DNA of 64,000 nucleotides from Devosia equisanguinis (GTDB lineage: Bacteria > Pseudomonadota > Alphaproteobacteria > Rhizobiales > Hyphomicrobiaceae). The notes below the pieces were generated by a model, which worked only from the letters and a program-made list of their open reading frames with translations, had not been told where the DNA came from and did no database searches. A program made the position numbers and the translations under genes. The DNA lies in NCBI GenBank assembly GCA_945889015.1, contig CAMDBL010000001.1:2951-66950 (forward strand), read 5' to 3'. Shown one piece after another: positions 19,170 to 29,537 of this stretch (its first letter is position 1; each line of letters begins with the position of its first letter).

Positions 19170-20181
19170 GGTGCGGGGCTCCGTTGTCCTGGATGTCCGT
19201 GAACGCGTTCTTGGGGTCTGGGTGCGGTGCGGCCTTGGCGGCCTCCCAGGCGGCCGCGATGCGGGCTTTCGCCTCTGCACGGGCGCCGGACAGCTCGGCC
19301 GCCGGAATGCCGTTCTCGGCGAGCCAGGATTCGATGCGGCCGATCGGCTCGGTTTTCCACTTCTCCTCGGTCTCGCCGGGCGCGCGATATTTCAGCTGAT
19401 CGCGGCTGATGTGGCCCTTATTGCGGTAGGTCAGGGCGTGCAGGAACTGCGGCCCCTCGCCGTTGCGGATCTTGGCGATCAGCTCGCCCGCCGCCTGATC
19501 GACCGCCAGCAGATCGTTGCCGTCGACCGTGACGGCAGGAATGTCGAACGCGCGCGCGCGCACGGCCGGGCCGCCGCCGGCGGTGATCACCTTGGTCACG
19601 GTCGAGGAGGCGTAGCCGTTGTCCTCGCAGATGATCAGTAGCGGTAGGTGATAGACCTTGGCCCAGTTCAGGCCCTCGTAGAACGGGCCACGGTTGGTGG
19701 TGCCGTCGCCGACGAACACGCCGACGATGCGGTCCTCGCCCTTGATCGAGACGGCCTGTGCCGCGCCGACCCCCATCGTCACACCGTCGGCGAGGATGCC
19801 GTTGGCGCCGAGCATGCCGACCGAGAAGTCGGCGATGTGCATCGATCCGCCCTTGCCGCCGGAGGTGCCGCCGACCCGGCCGAACAGCTCCTTCATCATC
19901 GCCGTCACGTCCGCGCCCTTGGCGATGGCGTGTCCGTGGCCGCGATGGTTGGAGTGGATCATGTCGGTCGGGCGCATGTTCGTGCAGACGCCGACAGCGA
20001 CCGCCTCCTGGCCGATCGACTGGTGAATCGATCCCGCCGAGAAGCCGTCGACGTAGGACTGGTGCGCCGCCTCCTCGAACTCGCGGATCAGGCACATCGT
20101 CTTGAACATGCCGAGAATGCGCTGCGGCGCGTTCGCGCGGTCACCGGCGGGTGCCGCGGACTTTGCTTTCTTGGTGGCCAT
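19162..20181 (-). CDS. ThDP-dependent 2-oxoacid dehydrogenase E1 component alpha subunit
   Basis: ATG 20181 is preceded by GAGGAGGGGAA. ThDP motif VGDGTTNRG...ICEDNGYA, with HRGHGH upstream. Confidence 0.9.
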   Translation of the reverse strand: MATKKAKSAAPAGDRANAPQRILGMFKTMCLIREFEEAAHQSYVDGFSAGSIHQSIGQEAVAVGVCTNMRPTDMIHSNHRGHGHAIAKGADVTAMMKELFGRVGGTSGGKGGSMHIADFSVGMLGANGILADGVTMGVGAAQAVSIKGEDRIVGVFVGDGTTNRGPFYEGLNWAKVYHLPLLIICEDNGYASSTVTKVITAGGGPAVRARAFDIPAVTVDGNDLLAVDQAAGELIAKIRNGEGPQFLHALTYRNKGHISRDQLKYRAPGETEEKWKTEPIGRIESWLAENGIPAAELSGARAEAKARIAAAWEAAKAAPHPDPKNAFTDIQDNGAPHHG

Positions 20182-20213
20182 TTCCCCTCCTCGGTCTTTT
20201 CCGGATGCTCCGG

Positions 20214-21113
20214 TCATTTACGTGAAAAGATATTGGACAAAGGCTCGATCGGCGAGAAGCCACCCGCAAGCATGGGCATCGCCCGCTCGGCGATGGTCTC
20301 GGCCGTCCATCCGTCCGTACTGTAGGCGGTGCGGACCGGCCGTGGTTGGCTCATGACGTGGATCGCATCGTTCATGACGGTGAAGATTTGCCCGGTCACG
20401 TGCGTGCCCGCGTCCGAGCAGAGATAGCCGACCAGTGGCGCCGGGGCATCGGCCCGGTATTCGGCAAGGGCGTCTCGCGCACCCGGTCCCATGCCTTGTG
20501 GCATGTGATCGTGCATGCGGGTGAGAGCGAACGGCGCGATGCAGTTCGAACGGATGCCGTCCTTCAGCAACTCGCTGGCGAGGGTGCGCGACATGCCGGC
20601 CATCCCTGCCTTGCTTGCCGCATAGTGCGGATATGAGAAGCTGCCGACCAGACCCGCGTTCGAGGTGAAGTGGACCAGAGCGCCGCCAGAGCCCTGCGCG
20701 GTGAACTGAAGAACGGCGGCTTGTGAGACGAGGAATGCGCCGGTCAGGTTGACGTCGATGTAGCGCCGCCACTCCGACTCGCTGAGGTCACGCGTGCCGG
20801 TGTAGCCCATGATGCCGGCGACGTTCACCGCCGCGTCCAGCCGGCCGAACGCTTGCACGGCACGCGCCACCATTGCGGCGGCGGCCCCGCTCTCGGCGAC
20901 CGACCCCATGTCGACCTCGCATCGTCCGCCCGCATCCCGGATCGCCTTGGCTGTTTCTTCCAGGCCGGCGTTCTGGCCCTTGCCGATCCCCTCGACGTTC
21001 GATCCGTAGTCGTTGGCGAGCACCGCTGCCCCTTGTGCCGCGAGGAGCTTGGCGACCGCCGATCCGATCGCGCCGCCAGCGCCTGTCACGAGGATGACTT
21101 TTCCTTGGAGCAT
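20214..21113 (-). CDS. SDR family oxidoreductase
   Basis: TGAGGAIG cofactor motif, and YxxxK in SYPHYAASKAG. Confidence 0.9.
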   Translation of the reverse strand: MLQGKVILVTGAGGAIGSAVAKLLAAQGAAVLANDYGSNVEGIGKGQNAGLEETAKAIRDAGGRCEVDMGSVAESGAAAAMVARAVQAFGRLDAAVNVAGIMGYTGTRDLSESEWRRYIDVNLTGAFLVSQAAVLQFTAQGSGGALVHFTSNAGLVGSFSYPHYAASKAGMAGMSRTLASELLKDGIRSNCIAPFALTRMHDHMPQGMGPGARDALAEYRADAPAPLVGYLCSDAGTHVTGQIFTVMNDAIHVMSQPRPVRTAYSTDGWTAETIAERAMPMLAGGFSPIEPLSNIFSRK

Positions 21114-21159
21114 CGCTTCCTCCGGGTGTCGGATGACGGATCGTCAGACACGTCCCCGA

Positions 21160-22902
21160 TCACGCGATCCGATCCCCCTTCTTGATCTGCACGGTGCGGT
21201 TGTCGGCCGCCGGCAGCATGTTGGCGGGGTCGCGGGTGACGACCACGTCGATCACGGTCGGCATGTCGCGCTCGGTGATGCCGGTCTTGATCGCGCCGGC
21301 CAGATCCTCGGGTTCGGTCACGCGGATGCCGCGGCAGCCCATGGCCTCCGCGATCTTGGCGTAGTTCATCTCGACGAGGTCGGACGATTGGTAGCGCTGG
21401 CCGTACATGGCGTGCTGCAGCGCCTTGACGTAGCCGGAGGCGGCGTTGTTGACGACCATGATGGTCGGGTTGGCGCCGGTGCGGCGGGCGGTCTCGAGGT
21501 CGCCGATGGTCATGTTGAAGCCGCCGTCGCCGGTAAGCGCGACCACGGGCGTGTTGGGGGCTGCGAGTGCCGCGCCGATGGCGCCGGGCAGCCCGTAGCC
21601 GATCGAGGCGAGGCCGCGGTCGGGCATGTAGTGGCGGCCGGCCTTTTTGGTGTCGTAGAGCAGGCCGGTCCAATGCGCGGCAAAGCCGCCGTCGGCGACG
21701 AGGATCGAGTCCGCCGGCAGCACATTGTTCATCTCGTTGACCATGCGGCCGACGTTGATCGGCTTCTCCTTGGCGTCGAGTTTGACCGCGGCCTCCTTGC
21801 GCCAGGCGGCATACCGCGGTTTCAGTTCGCCGGTCCAATCTGCATGCGTCTCGCGCAGCTTCTTGGCGTCGGAGGAGAGCGCGGCGGTCAGGTCGTTCAG
21901 TCCCTCGCGCGCATCGCCCCACAGAGCGATCTCGGCGGGGGCGCAGCGCCCGAACTCCTCGGCGACGACCTCGAGATGGATGATCGGCACGCCCTTGGGC
22001 AGTAGCGCGTAACGCTTGGTCGCGATCTCGCCGAGCTTGCAGCCGACGACGAGCAGGCAATCCGCCTTCTCGATCATGTCGTTGGCGTAACGCGAGTAGC
22101 GACCGAACAGGCCAGCGGAGAGGGGATGCGTGCAGGCGATGGAGCCCTTGCCCGACATGGTGTGGGCGACCGGCGCGCCGATCGCCTCGGCGAGCTTCTG
22201 CAGCGCGTCCTGAGCTTCCGACAGATGGATGCCGCCACCGACCATGATCACCGGGCGCTTCGACTTCGCCAGCAGCTTGGCCGCGCGCTCGATGTCGTCG
22301 GCGGCCGGACGCATGCGCTTCGAAGGCGCCTTGGTGGTCGCCGGGTCGATGTAGAAGTCCTCGGCGGTGAAGTCATGCTCGCCGTGCGCGACATCCTCGG
22401 GCACGTCCAGCACGACGGGGCCGGGGCGGCCGGAGGTCGCGACCGCGAACGCGCGGCGGATCATCTCCGGCAGCCGGCTCGTCAACTCGACGCGGATCAG
22501 CGCCTTGGCGGCGGGCTTCAGGATATCGACCTGCAGTGCCTCCTGGGTCATGTTCTTCCAGGCGTGCGTGCGGTTGGCGTCACCGGCGATGGCGATCATC
22601 GGCGTGCCGGCGTTGAGGCTCTCGACCAGCGCCGTGACGAGGTTGGTCGCGCCCGGCCCGAGCGTGCCGTCGCACACACCGGGACGATTTGTGATGCGCG
22701 CGTAGGCATCGGCGGCGAAGGCGCCGGTGCGCTCGTCGTTGATCAGGTTGTGCTTCATCTCGAGCTGGGCCATGGCGTCGTAGTAGGGCAGCAGCTGGAA
22801 GCCGCCCATGCCGAACATCGGGCCGACGCCGGCCAGACGCATCATCTCGGCCATGGCGCGGCCGCCGTTCATCTTGCCTTCGATCTTACGGCGCGTGGCC
22901 AT
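21160..22902 (-). CDS. ThDP-binding protein, acetolactate synthase large-subunit family
   Basis: ATG 22902 (MATRRKIEGK). N-terminal Pyr domain (GPGATNLVTAL) and C-terminal ThDP motif GDGGFNMT...VVNNAASG. Confidence 0.85.
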   Translation of the reverse strand: MATRRKIEGKMNGGRAMAEMMRLAGVGPMFGMGGFQLLPYYDAMAQLEMKHNLINDERTGAFAADAYARITNRPGVCDGTLGPGATNLVTALVESLNAGTPMIAIAGDANRTHAWKNMTQEALQVDILKPAAKALIRVELTSRLPEMIRRAFAVATSGRPGPVVLDVPEDVAHGEHDFTAEDFYIDPATTKAPSKRMRPAADDIERAAKLLAKSKRPVIMVGGGIHLSEAQDALQKLAEAIGAPVAHTMSGKGSIACTHPLSAGLFGRYSRYANDMIEKADCLLVVGCKLGEIATKRYALLPKGVPIIHLEVVAEEFGRCAPAEIALWGDAREGLNDLTAALSSDAKKLRETHADWTGELKPRYAAWRKEAAVKLDAKEKPINVGRMVNEMNNVLPADSILVADGGFAAHWTGLLYDTKKAGRHYMPDRGLASIGYGLPGAIGAALAAPNTPVVALTGDGGFNMTIGDLETARRTGANPTIMVVNNAASGYVKALQHAMYGQRYQSSDLVEMNYAKIAEAMGCRGIRVTEPEDLAGAIKTGITERDMPTVIDVVVTRDPANMLPAADNRTVQIKKGDRIA

Positions 22903-22999
22903 GTCAGTCCCTCTCGGTTCAACCATCGAAAGTTTTCATGCGCGACCCGGTGCTCCGCGCCGGCCCCTCCCCAGGGGAAGAGGCGAATCCCGCCATCCG

Positions 23000-23812
23000 C
23001 TACGTGGCGTGCCGGCTCGCAATGGCGGCAAACTCGGGCACCGTCATTCCGACTTTCGCACCCCAGCATGTCGCCGTCTCGTTGACGACGGACAGGCGGC
23101 CGGTCTCCCACATCGAGCGGCAATCGCCGATGCGGGCGCTGTCGGCTGAGACGACGGCAGCCGCGATGCCGCGCGGGTCGAGGGCGGGCAGCCGGGTGAT
23201 GCCGTTGCGATCCTTGCCGATGCCGGCATCGTGGAACACGGCGGCCAGCGCTGGATATTTCAGCGCCGTCTCTGGCTTGCCGCCGAGGATGGCCCCATGT
23301 GAGCCGGCGATGACGATGCAACCCTGATCCTCCTTGCGGACCAGCGAGACGCTGTCGATGCCCCACACCTTGACCGGGCCGTCGTTCAGCAGGAAGCGGG
23401 ATTCCTCGTGCTTCTCGTAGGGCTTGGTGGCGGGCTTGGCGCCGCGCAGCTTGCGCATGGTGGCCGCGCACGGCTCGCCGACCTTGCAGCCGAGCGCGGC
23501 CGCGGCTTTGTTCACGCCGGTGACGATGCCGCCGTCCAGCATGTCCTGCCCCTCGCCGATTCGAGCGGACATGTGCCCGACCGTGCAGGCGGCGCCGTCG
23601 ATGGCGTCGAAGTATCCGAGAACGGCGATGCCGGCCTTGTCCTTGCCGACGCCCGCATCGTTCAACACGATGGCCGCGACGTGACCCGCGGCTGCGAGAT
23701 AGGCGGCATAGGTGCCGCCATGCGAACCCGCGACCACGACATGACCGGCATGCTCGGGCTTCAAATGCGTGATGCTGTCGAGCACGACGATCGATGCGGT
23801 GCCAGCGCTCAT
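23000..23812 (-). CDS. hypothetical protein with two homologous halves
   Basis: ATG 23812 is preceded by GAGGAAACCCG and gives a 270-aa product. Each half carries (V/I)xxAGSHG, DAG(V/I)GKDxxGI and SARIG(E/D). I do not recognise the family. Confidence 0.6.
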   Translation of the reverse strand: MSAGTASIVVLDSITHLKPEHAGHVVVAGSHGGTYAAYLAAAGHVAAIVLNDAGVGKDKAGIAVLGYFDAIDGAACTVGHMSARIGEGQDMLDGGIVTGVNKAAAALGCKVGEPCAATMRKLRGAKPATKPYEKHEESRFLLNDGPVKVWGIDSVSLVRKEDQGCIVIAGSHGAILGGKPETALKYPALAAVFHDAGIGKDRNGITRLPALDPRGIAAAVVSADSARIGDCRSMWETGRLSVVNETATCWGAKVGMTVPEFAAIASRHAT

Positions 23813-24006
23813 CGGGTTTCCTCGGGTGGCGTCGTTTCTGCGCGGCGCGCGCCGCCAGGGGCGCGCTCGCTTGTTTATCCGCGGCAAGGATAGCCGAACG
23901 AACGTTCGGTACAATCCCCACGGCCGGGCGCAAACGGCATGGCTCGTGTGCGGGTGGGGTGGGGCGGTCCCGTCGACGTCGCGCGTGCCTCTTTCGATCA
24001 GGCCTC

Positions 24007-24029
24007 TTGCAATTAGGAACCATTCGCAA
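24007..24029 (+). promoter_or_regulatory. candidate Mur/Fur-type operator upstream of the metal importer
   Basis: Imperfect inverted repeat TTGCAAT-TAGGAACC-ATTCGCAA, 74-96 nt upstream of the sitA-like ATG. Confidence 0.35.
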
Positions 24030-24102
24030 CTAGATTGGAGATGAACGCCTGGAAGCGCGATCCTGAGAGTTTCGCGGACGGGCACAGCTCGTGAGGGATT
24101 GC

Positions 24103-25056
24103 ATGCTCGTCGCGACACATTGCCTCGGCCACCGCGGCCTTCTCCGATCGGTGGTTGCCGCCGCCGTGGCGATCGCACTTCTGCCTTTGGCCGGCGCGGC
24201 GTCGGCGCAGGGCGCAACGTCGGCCCAGCCGCGTGCCAAGCCACTCAAGGTGGTCACCACCTTCACGGTCATCCGCGACATCGCCCAGAACGTCGCGGGA
24301 ACCGCCGCGACCGTCGAGGCAATCACCAAGCCAGGGGCGGAGATCCACGACTACCAGCCGACGCCCGGCGATATCGTCAAGGCGCAGTCGGCGGATCTCG
24401 TCGTCTGGAACGGGCTGAACCTGGAGCGCTGGTTCGAGCCGTTCTTCCAGAACGTCAGGAACGTGCCGAGCGTGGTCGCGACGGAGGGTATACAACCTCT
24501 GGGCATCGGCGAGGGGCCCTACTCCGGCAAGCCCAATCCGCACGCGTGGATGTCGCCCTCGAACGCGCTGATCTATGTCGAGAACATCCGCAAAGCGATG
24601 GCTGCGCACGATCCGGCCAACGCCGACGTCTATGCCCGCAACGCCGCCGCGTACTCGGCCAAAATAAAGGCCAGCGACGCGCCGCTGCGCCAGCGTCTGG
24701 CGTCGATCCCGGAGGCGCAGCGCTGGCTCGTGACCAGCGAGGGCGCGTTCAGCTATCTCGCCCGCGACTACGGCATGAAGGAGCTTTATCTCTGGCCGAT
24801 CAATGCGGACGAGCAGGGCACGCCCAAGCAGGTGCGCCGCGTCATCGATCTGGTCCGGCAGCACAAGATCCCGGTGGTCTTCTCGGAAAGCACGATTTCC
24901 GACAAGCCGGCGCGGCAGGTCGCGAAGGAGGCAAAGGCCCGCTACGGTGGCGTGCTCTATGTCGACAGCCTCTCGGAAGCTGGCGGGCCGGTGCCGACCT
25001 ACCTCAAGCTGCTCGAGGTGACCGTCGATACCATCGCCAAGGGGTTCGGGGCATGA
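24103..25056 (+). CDS. sitA: Mn/Fe ABC transporter substrate-binding protein (TroA/SitA/MntC cluster)
   Basis: Signal peptide, then [27 protein letters not shown] and PHAWMSP metal-ligand contexts. Confidence 0.85.
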   Translation: MLVATHCLGHRGLLRSVVAAAVAIALLPLAGAASAQGATSAQPRAKPLKVVTTFTVIRDIAQNVAGTAATVEAITKPGAEIHDYQPTPGDIVKAQSADLVVWNGLNLERWFEPFFQNVRNVPSVVATEGIQPLGIGEGPYSGKPNPHAWMSPSNALIYVENIRKAMAAHDPANADVYARNAAAYSAKIKASDAPLRQRLASIPEAQRWLVTSEGAFSYLARDYGMKELYLWPINADEQGTPKQVRRVIDLVRQHKIPVVFSESTISDKPARQVAKEAKARYGGVLYVDSLSEAGGPVPTYLKLLEVTVDTIAKGFGA

Positions 25057-25991
25057 AGCCCATCACCTATGCGCCAGGAGGCGGTGTCACGCAGATCGTC
25101 CCATCCATCTCGGTCCGTGGCGTCAGCGTCGTCTACGCCAACGGCCATCGCGCGCTGGACGATGCCTCGTTCGAGCTCGGTGCAGGCACGATCTGCGGCC
25201 TCGTCGGTGTCAACGGCTCGGGTAAGTCGACACTGTTCAAGACGATCATGGGCTATCTCGCGCCGCAGGCCGGCGAGGTGCGCATTGCCGGACTCACCGT
25301 GCGCGAGGCACTGAAGCGGGGGATCGTCGCCTACGTGCCGCAGAGCGAGGAGGTGGACTGGAACTTCCCCGTCCTGGTCGAGGACGTGGTGATGATGGGC
25401 CGCTACGGCCACATGGGCTTCCTGCGCATCCCGACCGCGCGCGACCGCCTCATGGTCGACGAGGCGCTGGAGCGCGTCGGTATGACGGCGTTCCGCGAGC
25501 GCCAGATCGGCGAATTGTCGGGCGGCCAAAAGAAGCGCGTGTTCCTGGCGCGGGCTCTGGCGCAGGAGGGCCGCATCATTCTCCTGGACGAGCCGTTCAC
25601 CGGCGTCGACGTGAAGACGGAGGCGGTGATCATCGACCTGATGCGCCAGTTGCGCGATGCCGGTCATCTGATGCTGCTGTCCACCCACAATCTCGGCAGC
25701 GTGCCGGAGTTCTGCGACCACGTCGTCCTGATCAATCGCACGGTGCTGGCGGCGGGGCCGACCGCGGAGACCTTCACGCAGGCCAATCTCGAGCGGGCGT
25801 TCGGTGGCGTGCTGCGTCATTTCCGGCTCGAGGGCAGCGACCTGCACGACGACGCGGACGCGCGCGCGGTGACGGTGCTGACCGACGACGAGCGTCCACT
25901 GGTCTATTACGACAAGCCGCGCGACCGCTCGGCCGGCCCCCATCCCGGCAGCAAGGTCGATCGCGAGCCCGACAGAGGGAGCGGGACGTGA
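25053..25991 (+). CDS. sitB: metal ABC transporter ATP-binding protein
   Basis: ATG 25053 overlaps the sitA stop. Walker [10 protein letters not shown], signature LSGGQKKR, Walker [12 protein letters not shown]. Confidence 0.9.
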   Translation: MKPITYAPGGGVTQIVPSISVRGVSVVYANGHRALDDASFELGAGTICGLVGVNGSGKSTLFKTIMGYLAPQAGEVRIAGLTVREALKRGIVAYVPQSEEVDWNFPVLVEDVVMMGRYGHMGFLRIPTARDRLMVDEALERVGMTAFRERQIGELSGGQKKRVFLARALAQEGRIILLDEPFTGVDVKTEAVIIDLMRQLRDAGHLMLLSTHNLGSVPEFCDHVVLINRTVLAAGPTAETFTQANLERAFGGVLRHFRLEGSDLHDDADARAVTVLTDDERPLVYYDKPRDRSAGPHPGSKVDREPDRGSGT

Positions 25992-26845
25992 GCGAGCTTC
26001 TCGTCCCCTTCGCCTACGAGTACATGGTCAAGGCGATGTGGGTCAGCGCCCTCGTCGGGGGCCTGTGCGCGTTCCTCTCGGTGTTTCTCATGCTGAAGGG
26101 CTGGTCGCTGATGGGCGATGCGCTGGCACACGCGATCGTGCCCGGCGTCGCGCTCGCCTACATGCTGAAGCTCCCCTACGCGGCCGGCGCCTTCGTCGCG
26201 GGCATCCTGGCGGCGCTGGGCATGGCCGTGGTCAAGCAGCGGACGCGGCTCAGGGAGGACGCGGTCATCGGCCTCGTGTTCACCGCCTTCTTCGCGGCGG
26301 GCCTGCTGATGGTCTCACTCAATCCGACGTCGGTCAACGTGCAGTCGATCGTGCTCGGCAACATTCTCGGCATCTCCGACGAGGACGCCATGCAGGTGGT
26401 GATCGTCGCGGTGGTGTCGCTCGCGATCCTGCTGTTGAAATGGAAGGATCTGCTGGTCACGTTCTTCGATGAGAGCCACGCCCGCTCGATCGGCATCGAT
26501 CCCACGCGCATCAAGATCCTGTTCTTTGCCTTGCTCGCGGGCGCCACCGTTACGGCACTGCAGACGGTCGGCGCCTGCCTCGTCATCGCGATGGTGGTGA
26601 CGCCAGGCGCGACCGGATACCTGCTCACCGACCGCTTCGCGCGGCTGCTGGCGATCAGTGTCGCCATCGGTGCATCGACGAGCTTCCTCGGCGCCTACCT
26701 CAGCTATTTTCTCGACGGCGCCACCGGCGGCGTCATCGTCACTTTGCAGACGCTGGTGTTTCTCGCAGCCTTCTTGTGGGCCCCCAAGCACGGCCTTTTG
26801 GCGCAGCGGCGGATGTCTGCCACGGTGGAGGCGCCCAAGCCATGA
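25988..26845 (+). CDS. sitC: metal ABC transporter permease (ABC-3 family)
   Basis: 285 aa, polytopic. Contains [20 protein letters not shown] and overlaps the sitB stop. Confidence 0.9.
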   Translation: MSELLVPFAYEYMVKAMWVSALVGGLCAFLSVFLMLKGWSLMGDALAHAIVPGVALAYMLKLPYAAGAFVAGILAALGMAVVKQRTRLREDAVIGLVFTAFFAAGLLMVSLNPTSVNVQSIVLGNILGISDEDAMQVVIVAVVSLAILLLKWKDLLVTFFDESHARSIGIDPTRIKILFFALLAGATVTALQTVGACLVIAMVVTPGATGYLLTDRFARLLAISVAIGASTSFLGAYLSYFLDGATGGVIVTLQTLVFLAAFLWAPKHGLLAQRRMSATVEAPKP

Positions 26846-27714
26846 TGTGGGCGATCGAACTCGTCACCGTGCCCCTGTCCTACCCGTTCATGCAGCGGGC
26901 CCTCGTCGTCGCGATGCTGACCGGGGCATTGTGTGCGGTGCTGTCCTGCTATCTCGTGCTCAAGGGCTGGTCGCTGATGGGCGACGCCATCAGCCATTCC
27001 ATCCTGCCGGGACTGGTGGCGGCGGTGGCGCTGGGCATCCCGCTGGCGATCGGCGCATTCGCCGCCGGCCTCGTCTGCGCGGTCTCCATCGGCTACATCC
27101 GCGAGAACAGCCGCGTGAAAGAGGACACGGTGATGGGCATCGTGCTCTCCGGCATGTTCGGGCTCGGGCTCGTGCTGTTCACGCGGGTGGAGACTGATCA
27201 GCATCTGATGCACGTGCTGTTCGGCAACCTGCTTGGCGCGACGCCGCGAGACCTCTTGGAGACGGCGATCGTCGCCAGTGGGACGCTGGTGGTGATGCTG
27301 GTCAAGCGGAAGGATTTCTTGCTCTATTGCTTCGATCCCGCGCACGCCCGCGCCATCGGGCTCCCCGTGCGGCTGCTGCACTACACGCTGCTCGTCCTGC
27401 TGGCGATGACCATCGTCGCCTCGCTGAAGGCGGTGGGGGTCATCCTGGTCGTGGCCATGCTGGTCGGTCCCGGCGCGATCGCCTATCTGCTGACGGACCG
27501 TTTCGACCGGATGCTTGTCGTCGCCGGGGCCGTCGCCATCAGCTCGAGCGTGATTGGTACGCTGACGAGCTTCCACATCGACGGGGCGACGGGGCCCTGC
27601 ATCGTGCTGGTGCAGGCCGCGCTGTTCGTTCTCGCGTTCTTCTTCGCGCCCCGGCACGGCGTGCTGGCAGCGTCGCGGCTCCGCAGGGCTCCCGCCACGC
27701 CCTCGCCCTCCTGA
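26842..27714 (+). CDS. sitD: metal ABC transporter permease (ABC-3 family)
   Basis: ATG 26842 overlaps the sitC stop. Paralogous to sitC ([20 protein letters not shown]). Confidence 0.9.
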   Translation: MMWAIELVTVPLSYPFMQRALVVAMLTGALCAVLSCYLVLKGWSLMGDAISHSILPGLVAAVALGIPLAIGAFAAGLVCAVSIGYIRENSRVKEDTVMGIVLSGMFGLGLVLFTRVETDQHLMHVLFGNLLGATPRDLLETAIVASGTLVVMLVKRKDFLLYCFDPAHARAIGLPVRLLHYTLLVLLAMTIVASLKAVGVILVVAMLVGPGAIAYLLTDRFDRMLVVAGAVAISSSVIGTLTSFHIDGATGPCIVLVQAALFVLAFFFAPRHGVLAASRLRRAPATPSPS

Positions 27715-27726
27715 CAGGTCCCAGGC

Positions 27727-28602
27727 TTACGACACACCCTCCAGCACCTTGCGCAGCGTTTCCCGGTCCTCGGCGCTGAGAGCAGCCTGCGGCGGCACGG
27801 GATCGCCGACGTCGTAGCCCTGGATGGCGAGGCCGGCCTTGATGCAGGCGGCGAGGTTGTACTTGGCGAACGCCTCGTTCAGCCGCCACATCCGCCGCTG
27901 CAGCACCATTGCCTCGTCCCATCTGGCGGCGCGGCACAGTTCGTAGAGCCGCACGCTATCGACCGGCGCGATGTTCGCCGGCCCCGCCATCCAGCCGACG
28001 CCGCCGATCAGCATGACGGCGGCCGGGATATGGGCGGAGGCCGAGAACACCTTCAGCTTATCGCCGCTCTGGTTGATGATCGAGAGCAGCCGCCCGGTAT
28101 TGGTCGAGGCGTCCTTGATGTACTGGATGCGCGGATGCCCGGCCAGACGCGCGATGGTGCCGAGGGAGAGATCCGAGCGCTGGAACTGCGGGTTGGTGTA
28201 GAGCACGACGGGAATGTCGACGGCATCGGCGATGGCGCTGAAGTAGGCGTGGATCTGGGTGTCGTTCAGCGGAAAGTAGGCCTCGAGGATGGCGAGGATG
28301 CCGGTCGCGCCGAGTGATTGCCACCGGAGCGCTTGCGACACCGCATCCGCCGTCGAGGTGGAGGCGACGCCGGCGACCACGGGAACGCGCCCTGCCGCGG
28401 CTTCGATCGTGGTGCGCACCACGCTCTCGCGCTGGACTGGCGTCAGATAGGCGAACTCTCCCGTCGAGCCGAGCGGCGTGACGCCGTGCACACCCTTGTT
28501 GATCAGGTCGTCGACCAGCCGGCCGAGCACCGCCGTCTTGACCTTGCCGTCGGCATCGACAGGCGAGACGAGATAGGGATAGACGCCGTGAAAGGCGGAC
28601 AT
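27727..28602 (-). CDS. dihydrodipicolinate synthase family (class I aldolase) protein
   Basis: [16 protein letters not shown], and the Schiff-base Lys context IQYIKDAS. Confidence 0.85.
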   Translation of the reverse strand: MSAFHGVYPYLVSPVDADGKVKTAVLGRLVDDLINKGVHGVTPLGSTGEFAYLTPVQRESVVRTTIEAAAGRVPVVAGVASTSTADAVSQALRWQSLGATGILAILEAYFPLNDTQIHAYFSAIADAVDIPVVLYTNPQFQRSDLSLGTIARLAGHPRIQYIKDASTNTGRLLSIINQSGDKLKVFSASAHIPAAVMLIGGVGWMAGPANIAPVDSVRLYELCRAARWDEAMVLQRRMWRLNEAFAKYNLAACIKAGLAIQGYDVGDPVPPQAALSAEDRETLRKVLEGVS

Positions 28603-28727
28603 GCGGGATCCTTCGCAAGTTGGCGACCGGGACGGCTGCGCGACTATCGCCGGTTTCGCTGGGGCTGTGAAGCGACGCGCGGTCGCGATAGGCTGTCGCT
28701 ACAAAACAGATGATGCGGGAGGAAACG

Positions 28728-29441
28728 ATGATCTTCGAGCGGCGCGCCTACACGTTCAGGCCGGGCAAGATCGAGACGTTCTGGAAGGCGCAGGAGGAGT
28801 GGAACACGCCCGACGTGTACGGCTGTGTGCTCGACCATAACCTCTCGTATCTCTCGACCGTCTCCGGCCCGACCGACACTGTCATCCAGCTCTATCGCTT
28901 CCAGTCTATGGATCACTGGAAGGCGTGCTACGACCAGTATTACGGCACGCAGAAGCTCGATTATTTCCAGCTCGTGCGGCCGTGCATGGTGCGCCAGGAA
29001 AACGGCTTCTTCGCAGCCCCTCCCGTAGCGGGCCTCAGTGACACGCTCGCGGGACCGACGCCGCAATTGCCGCCGCAGATCGCGAAATTGTCCAAGGCAG
29101 CGCCCGGGAAGCTCCGCGTCGTCGAGACGGTGCTCGACTTCTTCCCGGGTGGGCTCGTGACGTTCTGGGACACGTGCCGCAAGCACGACATCGCCGGGCA
29201 TCCGATCGACAGTCCCGCCCGCATCGGCGTTCTGGTTTCCGTGATCGGCCGCATCCACCGCGTCGTCATCTATCACGGCTTCGCCAATTCCGCCGAGGCC
29301 GAGCAGCACAAGGTGGCGCTCACCTCTGATCCGGCCTGGCAGGCCTTCGAGGCGGACTATCAGCAGGTCGTCGCCGACCGCATGACCTCGTATCTCAAGC
29401 TCGCGCCGCTCCCGCGCATGCGCACGCTGTTCGGCGGATAG
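28728..29441 (+). CDS. NIPSNAP family protein (two-domain)
   Basis: ATG 28728 is preceded by GGGAGGAAACG. It has two ferredoxin-like halves (IFERRAYTFRPGK... and VVETVLDFFPGG...). Confidence 0.6.
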   Translation: MIFERRAYTFRPGKIETFWKAQEEWNTPDVYGCVLDHNLSYLSTVSGPTDTVIQLYRFQSMDHWKACYDQYYGTQKLDYFQLVRPCMVRQENGFFAAPPVAGLSDTLAGPTPQLPPQIAKLSKAAPGKLRVVETVLDFFPGGLVTFWDTCRKHDIAGHPIDSPARIGVLVSVIGRIHRVVIYHGFANSAEAEQHKVALTSDPAWQAFEADYQQVVADRMTSYLKLAPLPRMRTLFGG

Positions 29442-29537
29442 GAGAAAGCTGGGGAGAAGCGCCCGATAGCGCTTCTCACGGCCTCGGGGGCGCCGCACGA
29501 ATCACCCATTGTCGGCGGGTTGCAGGAGGCGGTGGGC

